64,000 nt of DNA. Source: Chara braunii. Its lineage: Eukaryota > Plantae > Charophyceae. Both the position numbers and the translations under genes were made by a program. Within the stretch, counting starts at the first letter, position 1. The number at the start of each line of letters is the position of its first letter. The notes below the pieces were generated by a model, which saw only the letters and a program-made list of their open reading frames with translations, was not told the origin of the DNA and ran no database searches. The DNA is taken from the NCBI GenBank assembly GCA_003427395.1, contig BFEA01000007.1:4471248-4535247 (forward strand), given 5' to 3'. Of the stretch, positions 1 through 11,143 are shown piece after piece.

Positions 1-670
1 ACAGTGCCGACTCTGGATCCCAACCAATAAAGGCAAGGAACGCATAACCGGCAAGAAAGACGAAAGGGTCGGTACACGCCCGCAAGAGCGGATCAACCCC
101 TCCCACCCAAAATCCAACTACGAACTTTTTAACTGCAACAACTTAAATATACGCTATTGGAGTTGGAATTACCGCGGCTGGTGACACCAGACTTGTCCTC
201 CAATGGATCCTCATTCAAGGAGTTTACGATTGTTCTCATTCCAATTATCGGACCCGAAAGAGCCCAGTATTGTTATTTATTGTCACTACCTCCCTATGTC
301 AGGATTGTGTAATTTACACGCCTGCTGCCATCCTTGGATGTGGTAGCCATCTCTCAGGCTCCCTCTCCGGAATCGAACCCTAATTCTCCGTCACCCGTTA
401 CCACCATGGTAGGCCTCTATCCTACCATTGAAAGTTGATAGGGCAGAAATTTGAATGGAACATCGCCGGCTCAAANGCCATGCGATTCGACAAGTCACAA
501 TGATTCGCCGCAACAACGGGCAAGCCCGGATCGGCCTTTTATCCAATAAATACATCCGTTCCAGAAGTCGGGATATGCTGCACGTATTAGCTCTAGAATT
601 ACCACGGTTATCCGAGTGGTAAGGAGACCATTAAATAAATGATAACTGATTTAATGAGCCATTCACAGTT
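1..670 (-). rRNA. 18S rRNA: 18S rRNA gene, ~nt 85-750 (to V4), decayed copy
   Basis: Reverse complement contains 18S landmarks (AATGGCTCATTAAATCAG, TAATTCTAGAGCTAATAC, AGGGTTCGATTCCGGAGAGGGAGCCTGAGA, CAGCCGCGGTAATTCCA). Many substitutions fall in invariant positions, so probably a pseudogene. Confidence 0.95.
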
Positions 671-1519
671 CAGTTGTTTAAAGGTTGTACAGGTTGGAGA
701 CAACCTTAGGGGGGTCCTTGTCGCACGGCCATTGAGGGCAGTCTCGCCAGACTGGCTGGCGCGTCGAGCCTTCCTACGCTCTCGGAGCGGGTACTACAGT
801 CGCCAAGCGAGACCCACTCTGACGGCCCTGCCCACAATGGTATCGTATGCTCTACCCGCTCCCCACACCCCCTAACACACACACACTCATTGGACCAGAT
901 GAGACACTCCAAAGACAACACACATCCTCACGTTTGGAAGATGGAAAGGTATCGACCACGTCCGACGCTCCGTGGCCGCATGCAACGCATCAGAGTACCC
1001 ACGAACTCAGACCATGATTGCCCCAGAGGTATTTGTGTCGGGAGGCATATCCCACCCAGTCGCACCCATATCACCGCGGCGCCCATCCCTGCTATGAAAG
1101 AGACCTGTCTGAGCTTGCCCTTCCATAAGGTAGCCTATGTCTACTCCTATCTATATCCCAACACTCCTACCCAGCCATGCGCCTCTACCCAACCACGATG
1201 GACCTGATTTTTTCAAGGTTTTTTTCTTATTTTTTTTCGGTAAAAACCCCCAAGCGGTAATAGCTCCCACAAATCAACGCGGCTCCGCTTTCGCGACCCT
1301 GTATTTTCTGTCAGGGCCCTCAACCCTCGTCGTGCCCGACTATTTTTATGCCCACACGGAAACCACTACATGCGCACAATACATGTGCCATCCCGACTCC
1401 CACCACATTGACAGTGCAAACCACAACCCCAAGGAGCAGACTGCACCCGAGACTCGATCCCCCCAACACCGACTCCAACCCGCAGCAGCCGGTGTGTGAA
1501 TGGTTGTGCGCTATGAGAG
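671..1519. mobile_element. ~850-bp non-coding insertion inside 18S with 7-bp target-site duplication
   Basis: 18S is interrupted. CACAGTT (664-670) and CGCAGTT (1520-1526) duplicate the 18S heptamer. No TIR or convincing ORF. Confidence 0.75.
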
Positions 1520-1610
1520 CGCAGTTTCACAGTGCTAAGTGTTCACACTTAGACGTGCATGGCGTAGTCTTTAAGACAAGCATATGACTACTGGCAGGAC
1601 CAACTAGGTA
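1520..1610 (-). rRNA. 18S rRNA: 18S rRNA 5' terminal ~90 nt
   Basis: Minus strand from 1610 reads TACCTAGTTGGTCCTGCCAGTAGTCATATGCTTGTCT...ACTGTGAAACTGCG, the canonical 18S 5' end. Confidence 0.95.
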
Positions 1611-2976
1611 GCCGGTGTAACGAGCAGCTGCAAGGAGCGATGGCCGAGGCGCACGTAGGCACGTCACGCCGGCCAACTTACCAAAAGAACATCGAACAAT
1701 CGTGGAACGTGCAATGAGCTGCCGAGACGCCGTGAAGTTCGGCTGTTTGAATTGCAGGTGAACCGAGCGTGTTGGATGCGTGGTGCATTCGTTTCTCTCT
1801 TCACTCGCGTTTCTCGATGCAGAGATGAGGCCGTGCACTTCGCTGTCGATACGTTTTGGGCGAGCGGTGGCATCCGGTTACGGGCCGAAGCGGTCAGTGG
1901 TTCCTTCGCGCGCGCCGTTGTTCGGAGAGTGGTTATCTTGCAATCTCAGGGTGTGGTGTGGGTGGGTGTTGTTCGCAGCCAATCTTGTGAGCGGGTGTGG
2001 CGGGTTGTGTTGGATTGTGCGATGCCTTGCCATTGGAGACGGACGAACGGAAAGCCTCCACCTGTGCACGGGGGCGCAAAAGGAACACACCCCTTCCCCC
2101 CTAGATCTACATGCGCCTGTTGCCGCAGGCACCACCAACAGAACTCGACGCAGGCGAAACCCAGGAGACAGAGGATAGTAGCGTTCATAGCCCACAACCT
2201 AAACGCAACGGAACCGCAACGCAACGTGATCCTTCACGGTGTGCAGCATACCGAGACCACAGCATGGGGCACACGACGGGCACAAGCGCACATTCCAACA
2301 AGTCGGGCGGATGACGGGCCCAACCTCGCGCTGCTGTCGGCGGATGGATCGCGCATCCCACAAGTCTCCGCCCTCGCATATGGTAAGCTGCGGGTGCAGG
2401 GCCGATACCACCTGCGCCACTCGGATGGCAAAGGGCGCAGAGCCTCCTCACCAAGTCGTGACACCTCAACATAAACTGAACGAGCCGTTGTGAGTGCGGA
2501 CACGAAGACGACACCACAACAAAGTCGCAGCTGCTCTCCCCAAAACCTACGGGATGAGGGTGCCGAAGTTGAGAGTCGGTCACGGGCACCTCCGCCTCCA
2601 CCAACTACAAACAACCGCCAACCGGACCGCCGTCGGCGATCAAGAGTCAATCATCGCAAGAGGATGAGCGAGGGTGAACGCAACGATCCACAACCCGGCA
2701 CCATGACATAGGAAAGCTCCGACAACTGGGACCGCCTTCAGCGACGAGCGAGCTGTCGTGAAATAAGCCCTTCGAGAAAAACGACCATGGACCTGCACGG
2801 TGCCGCAAAAATGTTCTCTCGACCACCAAAGCACGACTCGCCCATCCCTCGCAAACTGGAAACCACCCAAAGCGTGTGCAGAGGGTCCCTCGTAACTCAA
2901 GTACAAGGTCCAAAAAACCACCCCCGGAACGTCGCCTTCATCGACTGCAAGGGGGCTGCTAAGCACGCAGNCCCCT
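1611..2976 (-). other. Probable 5' external transcribed spacer of rDNA
   Basis: GC-rich non-coding DNA between the 18S 5' end and a Pol I initiation-like motif. Confidence 0.6.
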
Positions 2977-2982
2977 ATAAGA
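2971..2982 (-). promoter_or_regulatory. Putative RNA polymerase I initiation site
   Basis: Minus strand TCTTATAGGGG resembles plant TATATAGGGG; lies 1.37 kb upstream of 18S in the correct orientation. Confidence 0.5.
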
Positions 2983-4428
2983 GTGCAAACGAGACTCCGA
3001 ACCGCTAGCCATCGACTGTTTGGCAGATTCGGAGGGTGCTCACTGAGCCATCCGTCGAGGGACCTGCACATGTTCCTTTCCAGCAGGCTGACTGAACAGA
3101 CCCCAATGCCAATGTTTCGCTCGGGACCTCATCCCTTTCTGCTCTCAATAAAACGCCTCTGGACCTTGGATCTTGGGAGACCCTTTTTCTCAAGGGTGTT
3201 CCTATGCCCGAGTGGCAGTGCGCGGTATCTGCTGCCCCCATAAAATTCGAAATTCAAAAGTTCATCCCATCTCCGTCCCTTCCACACACAAAGGGATAAG
3301 GGGAAGGACCGGTGTAGGCCAAACCCCGGTAGACTTTCGAGCCTTGGTCGACCCCACTACGGGTCCCAAATGGCTCGGCCCGCCCACGCTCATGCTCAGG
3401 GCGCGGGCCGTTCGTCGCAGGGTCACCCCCACCTAGTGCTTTGAGATGGATTGGGGTGGGCCATCGTGCGAGAGGGCTTTGACATTGGGGATGTAGCTCA
3501 GCCCTCACGCCGGGTGGTAGTCTCGCTGGTGATTTTCGCAAGCGCAAGTTTTTTATTCTTGATTATGTTCGCAGGCAATTGCTCCTTCCAATACTCAGGC
3601 AGTCCAAGGGGGTTTATTGAGAATTCCTCTTCTTTATGTACGTAGGCTAAGCGCCATCCTTAGGCCACGCACCATTTTCCTAAACACAGCAGTCCTGCGA
3701 CATCATCGGGGTGCGGTACCGCCGTCTTTCTACTAGCCCCCCGCCTTTTTTTTTTCTTGGTTTGACACATGCATCCCATCCATAGTTTCATTGCCTGCCC
3801 TTAGTCTTTCGGGGCTTTCATGTTGCATGCAAAGAATCACTCCACTCTTTCATCATGCAAGGCCACACCCCTCCCTCGATCCTTTGCCCAAAGCATCATA
3901 AACCAAAACCTGCCGCGGTAGAGTTCACACTGGGGCCTACGGCCCCTCCACTCGTTCATCTCTCCCCCCTTTCGCGTGCGTGTCCCTGACTCAGTCCCGC
4001 TCAAGTCATCCCGAGCTACTCACCTTCACCGTCCCACACAAAGGCAAAGACCGGTACAATCCCCAATTGGGGTCAACACATAGCCCTTCCCGCATGCCTA
4101 CTTTTCTTTCGATGCTTTGTCTTGCCCCATTCCTTTTGTCAAACACAACCAAGCTCTCTTCTTTTCATAGTCATGCGGTGCGGGTTCTATTTGAGTCAAC
4201 TGACCTTGCTTCAAGTTATATTTTTTCCAGAACTTTGTCTCCTCTCAGTCTTTCAAATGTCCTTCCTCTTCCTCCTTGGCGGCACAAGGGACCGACAACC
4301 CTTCCCTTGCCCTCTTTCTCCACCAAGTGAGGACTGTTTTCTTTCATCGTTCGTTCCCTGACAATGAAACAAGGAGAGTGGTGTAGGGTTAGTTATACGC
4401 CAATTGGTGGAGGAGAGACAAAGAGCGA

Positions 4429-4431
<3 letters not shown>

Positions 4432-4503
<72 letters not shown>
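4432..4503 (+). repeat. (GA)n microsatellite in LTR (counterpart ~33806-33862)
   Basis: Visible dinucleotide run. Confidence 0.95.
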
Positions 4504-4507
<4 letters not shown>

Positions 4508-4649
4508 AAGAATAGGTGAGAGAGAAAAAGAATAGGTGAGAGGGAGCAGAGAGGATGAGAGCGAGGGAGAGATAGGAAGAGAGAGAGGGAGAGAAAGATA
4601 AGGAAGGAGAGGGAAAATGGCAACTAGTCCTAATCAAATCATTCGTCCG

Positions 4650-4792
4650 TAATAGCAGCCAAATGTCGGCCACTCATCCCACAGTTGTAGCAGCCAAATG
4701 CCGGTCACCCATCCTGCAGTTTTAACAGCCAAATGTCGGTCACCCATCCCACAGTTGTAGCAGCCGAATGTTGGTCACCCATCCCACAGTTG
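4650..4792 (+). repeat. ~34-bp tandem repeat (GTAGCAGCCAAATGTCGGTCACCCATCCCACAGTT); also ~4998-5100 and ~34005-34145
   Basis: 3-4 adjacent copies at each site. Confidence 0.9.
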
Positions 4793-5328
4793 AAGAACAA
4801 TTAAGTGTGAAACGGAACACTACAACACACATGATTTTGACAAGGTGAAGGTTGAATAGATGAAAGCACATGCTCATGAGTGGAAAAGCAAACAAGTGTG
4901 AAACGGAACACTACCACTCACATGGACTTGAGGGAGAGAAAGAGAAGGAAGGAGAGGGAAAAGAGCAACTAGTCCTAATCAAATCATTCGTCCGTAAGAG
5001 CAGCCAAATTTCGGTCACTCATCCCACAACAGTAGCAGTCAAATGTCGGTCACCCATCCCACAGTTGTAGCAACCAAATGTCGGTCACCCATCCCACAGT
5101 TGAAGAACAATTAAGTGTGAAACGGAACACTACCACACACATGATCTTGACAAGGTGAAGGTTGAATAGATGAAAGCACATGCTCATGACTGGAAGAGCA
5201 AACAAGTGTGAAACGAAACACTATCACCCACATGGACTTGACAAATTGAAGGTCGAACTAGTGAAAGCACATGCTCATGGGTGGAAGAACAAATAAGTGC
5301 GGAACGGAATACTATCACACACATGAAC

Positions 5329-6303
5329 GAGAGATGGTTAACCGGTGCATATATTTTCAGGTCTCCTTTCCAGGCAGTTCAGCCACTGTAGGTTACTACA
5401 CCACTTTCAGATTGTGTGTGAATCTATATATGGGGTTGCCTGAAACCCCCTTCAGGCAGTTCAACCACTTCAGGTTGATACACCACTTTCAGATTCCCTA
5501 CAGATCCATTGCAAATGGTGGGATGGGGGTACCTGAAACCCCTTTCAGAAGCTTCAGCCACTTCAGCGGTTTCAGGTCCCCACCTGAAATTCCTGAAATG
5601 ACCTGAAGTGGCTGAAGCTTTTGAAAGGGGTTTCAGGTACCCCCATCCAACCATTTGGATGGGGGTGCCTGAAACCCCTTTTTAAAAGCTTCACCCACTT
5701 CAGCAGTTTCAGGTCCCCACCTGAAATTCTTGAAATGACCTGACGTGGCTAAAGCTTCTGAAAGGGGTTTCAGGTACCCCCATCCAACCATTTGGATGAT
5801 GGTACTTGAAACCCCTTTCAGAAGTTTCAGCCACTTCAGCGGTTTCAGGTCCCCACCTGAAATTCCTGAAATGACCTGAAGTGGTTGAAGCTTCTGAAAG
5901 GGGTTTCAGGTACCAATTCCAACCATTTGGATGGGGGTACCTGAAACCCCATTTAGAAGCTTAAGCCACTTCAGCGGTTTCAGATTGAAATTCCGGAAAT
6001 GACATGAAGTGGCTGAAACTTTTGAAAGGGGTTTCAGATATCCCCATCCAAGCATTTGGATGCGGGTATCTGAATTCCCATTCAGAAGCTTCAACCACTT
6101 CAGCAGTTTCAGGCCCCCACCTGAAATTCATTAAATGATATGAAGTGGCTGAAAAAACAGACAGGAAAAAAAAAAAAAAACCTTGTCATGCAAACCACCC
6201 GAAACTTTTGAAATGACCTAAGTGTCTTTAGGCTATTTCAGCGGTTTCGGACCACTTCAGAATCTTTCATTCTGAAATTCTACGTGGTCGTTAACCGCGA
6301 GTG
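5329..6303. mobile_element. Non-autonomous DNA transposon (GGTTAAC-end family) with ~136-bp palindromic internal repeats
   Basis: Absent from the 5' LTR copy (34273-34290). GGTTAAC at positions 8-14 from both ends. 8-bp TSD ACATGAAC/ACATGCAT. Confidence 0.85.
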
Positions 6304-6311
6304 ACATGCAT

Positions 6312-7745
6312 TTGGCAAGTGAGAGTGAGAGTAGTGAAAGATCAACATATAAGAAGTTGAACAACTAAATGAGAACCGGAACACTACCGAGACTACAGAC
6401 TTGAAAAGGTGAGAGTAAGCACATACACATGAGAAGTTGAACAACCAAATGAGAACCGGAATATTACAAAGTCATGAACTTGACAAGATGAGATAAAACA
6501 CATACACATGAGAAGGTGAACAGCCAAATGAGAACCGGAACACTACTAAGAGTATGAACTTGACAAGGTGAGGGTGAAAGCACATACATATGAGAAGTTG
6601 AACAGCCAAGTGAGAACCGGAACACTACTAAGTCATGGACTTGACAAGATGAGGGAAAACACATACATATGAGAAGTTGAACAACCAAGTGAGAACCGAA
6701 ACACTACTAAGTCATGAAGTTGACAAGATGAGAGAAAGCACATACATATGAGAAGTTGAACAACCAGGTGAGAACCAGAACACTACCAAGAGTTTGAACT
6801 TGGCAAAGTGAGAGTAAGCACATACACATGAGAAGTTGAACAGCCAAATGAGAACCGAAATACTACTAAGTCATGAACTTCCCAAGATGAGAGAAAACAT
6901 ATACACATGAGAAGTTGAGTAACCAAGTGAGAACCAAAACACTACTAAGTCATGAAGTTGACAAGATCAGAGAAAACACATATATATGAGAAGTTGAACA
7001 AGTAATTGAGAACCGGAACACTACCAAGAGTACGAACCTGACAAGGTGAGAATAAGCACATACACATGAGAAGTTGAACAACCAAATGAGAACCGGAATA
7101 CTACCATGTTATGAGATTGACAAGATAAGAGAACGTACATACACATGAGAAGTTGAACAGCCAAATGAAAACCAGAACACTACTAAGAGTATGAGCTTGA
7201 CAAGGTCAGGGTGAAAACACGTACACATGAGAAGTTTAACAGCCAAGTAAGAACCGGAACACTTCTCAGTCATGAACTTGACAAGATGAGGGAAAACACA
7301 TACATGTGAGAAGTTGAACAGCCAAGTGAAAACCGGAACACTACTAAGTCATGAAGTTGACAAGATGAGAGAAAACACATACATATGAGAAGTTAAACAG
7401 CGAAGTGAGAATCGGAACACTACCAAGAGTTTGAACTTGACAAAGTGAGAGTAAGCACATACACATGAGACGTTGAACAACCAAATAAGAACCGAAATAC
7501 TACTAAGTCATGAATTTGACAAGATGAGAGAAAGCACATACACATGAGAAGTTGAACAGCCGAGTGAGAACCGGAATACTACGAAGTTATGAAGTTGACA
7601 AGATGGGAGAAAGCACATACATATGAGAAGTTGAACAACTAATTGAGAACCGGAACACTACCAAGAGTACGAACCTGACAAGGTGAGAGTAAGCACATAC
7701 ACATGAGAAGTTGAACAGCCAAATGAGAACCGGAATACTACCATG
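6312..7745 (+). repeat. ~80-bp tandem array (~18 monomers) with 8-mer higher-order period of ~637 bp
   Basis: GAGAACCGGAACACTAC recurs every 79-81 bp; variant order repeats at 6371, 7008 and 7644. Confidence 0.9.
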
Positions 7746-8465
7746 AGTTTGATCTTGACAAAGTGAAGATTGAACTAGTGAAAGCACATGTACATGGGTG
7801 AAAGAACAACCAAGTGTGAAACGGAACACTACCACATACATGAACTTGACAAAGTGAAGGTTAAACTAGTGAAAGCACATGCACGTGAGGGGAAGAGTCA
7901 TCAAGCGTGAAACGGAACACTACAACACACATCATCTTGATAAGGCGAAGGTTCAACTAGTGAAAGCACATGCACATGAATGAAAAAGCAACAAAGTGTG
8001 AATCAGAACACTACCACATGCTTGAACTTGACAAAACGAAGGTTGAACTAGTGAAAGCACACGCACATGAACGAAAAAGCAACCAAGTGTGAAACGGAAT
8101 ACTACCACATGCTTGAACTTGACAATATAAAGGTTGAACTATTGAAAGCACACGAACATGAGCGGAAAAGCAACCGAGTGTGAAACGGAACACTACAACA
8201 CACATGAACTTGACAAAGTGAAGATTAAACTAGTGAAAGTACATGCACATGAGTGGAAGGGCAACCAAGTGTGAAACGGAACACTCCAGCACACATGAAC
8301 TTGACAAGGTGAAGGTTGAACTAGTGAAGGCACATGCACATGAGTGGAAGAGCAACCAAGTGTGAAAGGAAACACTACAACACACATGAGCTTGACAAAA
8401 TGAAGGTTGAACTAGTGAAAGCACATGCACATGAGTGGAAGAGTCACCAAGTGTGAAACGGAACA
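7746..8465 (+). repeat. ~91-bp tandem array (also 4793-5328, 34146-34280)
   Basis: AAGTGTGAAACGGAACACTAC...GAACTAGTGAAAGCACATG recurs at ~91 bp. Confidence 0.9.
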
Positions 8466-10405
8466 CGACTTAACTACTATGTGATTGAAAGCATGGGCTA
8501 GACTAGATCAAAACCCAAGATTGGAGCATGACAAGCAATCAAGAATCAATTGGGACATCACGTACTAGTATGTGAATGAATAGTATGAACTAGACTAGAT
8601 CAAAGCACAAGATTGAAGCATGAGATGACCTAAGGAAGAATCGAGACATCACTAATTACTATATGAGTGAAAAACACGAGTTAGACTAGATCAAAACACA
8701 AGTTTGAAGCACGAGATCATCCAAGGAAGAAGCGGAACATCACCTACTGTCATGTGAGTGAAAAACATGAGTTAGACTCAGATCAAATCACAAGATTGAA
8801 GCATTAGATCAACCAAGGAAGAATCGGGACATCACCTACTACTATGTGGAGGAAAAGCATGAGCTAGACTAGAGAAAAACACAAGATTGAAGCATGAGAT
8901 AATCCAAGGAAGAAGCGGAACATCACCTACTATCATGTGAGTGAAAAACATGAGTTAGACTAGATCAAAACACAAGATTGAAGCATGAGATCAACCAAGG
9001 AAGAATCAGGGCATCACCTACTACCATGTGAGTGAAAAACATGAGCTAGACTAGATCAAAACACAAGTTTGAAGCATGAGACCAACCACGGAAAAATCGA
9101 GATATCACCATGTACAATATGAATGAAAAACATAAGTTAGACTAAATCAAAACACAAGTTTGAAGCTTGAGATTAACCAAAGGAAGAATCGGGACATCAC
9201 CTACTATTATATTAAAGAAAAGCATGAGCTAGACTAGATCAAAACACAAGTTTGAAGCATGAGATCAACCAAGGAAGAATGTGAACATCACCAATTACTA
9301 TATGAGTGAAAAGCATGAGCTACACTAGATCAAAACATAAGTTTGAAGCATGAGATCAACCAAGGAAAAATTTGAACATCACCAACTATCATGTGAGTGA
9401 AAAGCATGAGCTAGACCAGATCAAAACACAAGTTTGAGGCATGAGATCAACCAAGGAAGAATCAGAACATCACCAATTACTATATGAGTGGAAAGCATGT
9501 GCTAGACTCGATTAAAACACAAGTTTGAAGCATGAGATCAACCAAGGAAGAATCGGAACATCACCAACTATTATGTGAGTGAAAAGCATGAGCTAGACCA
9601 GATCAAAACACAAGTTTGAAGCATGAGATCAACCAAGGAAGAATCGGGACATCACCTACTACCATGTGAGTGGAAAGCGTGAGCTAGACTAGAGAAAAAC
9701 ACAAGATTGAGGCATGAGATCATCCAAGGAAGAAGCGGAACATCTACTATCATGTGAGTGAAAAGCATGAGTTAGACTAGATCAAAACACAAGATTGAAG
9801 TATGAGATAAACCAAGGAAGAATCGAGACATCATATGTGAAGGAAAAACATGAACTATACTAGAGAAAAACACAAGATTAAAACATGAGATCATCCAAGG
9901 AAGAAGCAGAACATCACCTACTATCGTGTGAGTGAAAAACATGAGTAAGAATAGATCAAAACACAAGATTGAAGCGTGAGATCAACCAGGGAAGAATCGG
10001 GACATCACCTACTACTATGTGAGTGAAAAACATGAGCTAGACTAGAGAAAAATACAAAATTGAAGGATGAGATCATCCAAGGAAGAAGCGGAACATCATC
10101 TACTATCATGTGAGTGAAAAGCATAACTTAGACTAGATCAAAACACAAGATTGAAGCGTGAGATCAACCAAGGAAGAATCGGGACATCACCTACTACTCT
10201 GTGAAGGAAAAGCATGAGCTAGACTAGAGAAAAACGCAAGATTGAAGCATGAGATTATCCAAGGAAAAAGTGGAACATCACCTACTATCATGTTAGTGAA
10301 AAGCATGAGTTAGACTAGATCAAAACACAAGATTGAAGCATGAGATCATCCAAGGAAGAATCGGAACATCACCTACGACTATGTGAGTGAAAAAGCATGA
10401 GCTCG
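8466..10405 (+). repeat. ~88-90-bp tandem array (~22 monomers)
   Basis: TAGACTAGATCAAAACACAAGATTGAAGCATGAGATCAACCAAGGAAGAATCGG recurs regularly. Confidence 0.92.
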
Positions 10406-10419
10406 GCTAGGGTCTCTAG

Positions 10420-10471
10420 GAAGGAGAAGAGGAAGAATAAGAAGAAGAAGATAAAGAAGAAGGAGAAGAAA

Positions 10472-10503
<32 letters not shown>

Positions 10504-10682
10504 GAAGAAGAAGAAGAAGAGAGTCAAGAAGAAGAAAAAGAAGAAGAAAACGAAGAAGAAGAAGAGGAAGAAGAAGAAGAGGAAGAAGGAGAAGCAGAAG
10601 AAGAACAAGAAGAAGAAGAAGAAGAAAAAGAAGAAGAAGGAGGAAAAAGAAAAAGAAGAAGAAGAAGAAGGAGAAGGAGAAA
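10420..10682 (+). repeat. (AAG)n/(AAT)n low-complexity tract
   Basis: Visible trinucleotide runs. Confidence 0.95.
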
Positions 10683-11133
10683 GATCTCCTCCTTTCCACT
10701 TACCTCCTTGAGGTCTTGGAGATGGAGCCCCAACCTTGATGAAGCTTCTTCTCTCTTGCCCAAGTACCACCTTGGCTATGACTCTCTTCTTCATCAAGCC
10801 CTTCGCTCCTTCCTCTCTCAACTCTACCCAAGCTATGACAAATTTCTCCTATTATGGCTATGGAGTCCTCCCCTCTAGAAGGGCTAGTGAGACTCTCTCT
10901 AGCCTCTCTCTCTTCCTCACACCCTGGGGGGCTATGGCGGATCACCTCCCTATGCAAGCCTCACCTCCACTAACCTTTAGAGCTCTCTCTCCTAGCTCAC
11001 AGTCTCCTCTAAGCTCTCCAACTGGTAGGGGTTCCACTCTCCTCTCTCCAAGTGAAAAAGTGTTCTTATGAGCTCACTTGGGCAACATGGGCACTCCTCA
11101 TGCAAATGCGAGTGTGACGGACTGTATCCTCAA

Positions 11134-11143
11134 CTTATATAGG
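11134..11143 (-). promoter_or_regulatory. Putative LTR TATA box (CCTATATAAG)
   Basis: Plant TATA consensus in element orientation within the putative 3' LTR. Confidence 0.4.

Noticed and set aside
671-1519. Group I intron in 18S
   Set aside because: No CAGACUA or AUAUAGUC core motifs; junctions do not give exon-U/omega-G; a TSD is present.
1752-2650. Several 100-240 aa ORFs
   Set aside because: GC-rich ETS, overlapping in all frames, no recognisable motifs.
3290-3312. Plus-strand purine tract before TGTAGG as PPT of a plus-strand element
   Set aside because: PBS and gag-pol orientation place the element on the minus strand; the tract is flanking rDNA spacer.
3487-3501. Functional tRNA-Ala gene
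   Set aside because: Only 15 nt of the 5' end plus a displaced 8-mer; no B-box or cloverleaf.
6312-10405. CRISPR-like regularly spaced repeats
   Set aside because: Whole monomers repeat with no unique spacers, there are no cas genes, and the context is a eukaryotic LTR.
10369-10821. Poly-K/F/S ORFs
   Set aside because: Translations of (AAG)n/(AAT)n low-complexity DNA.
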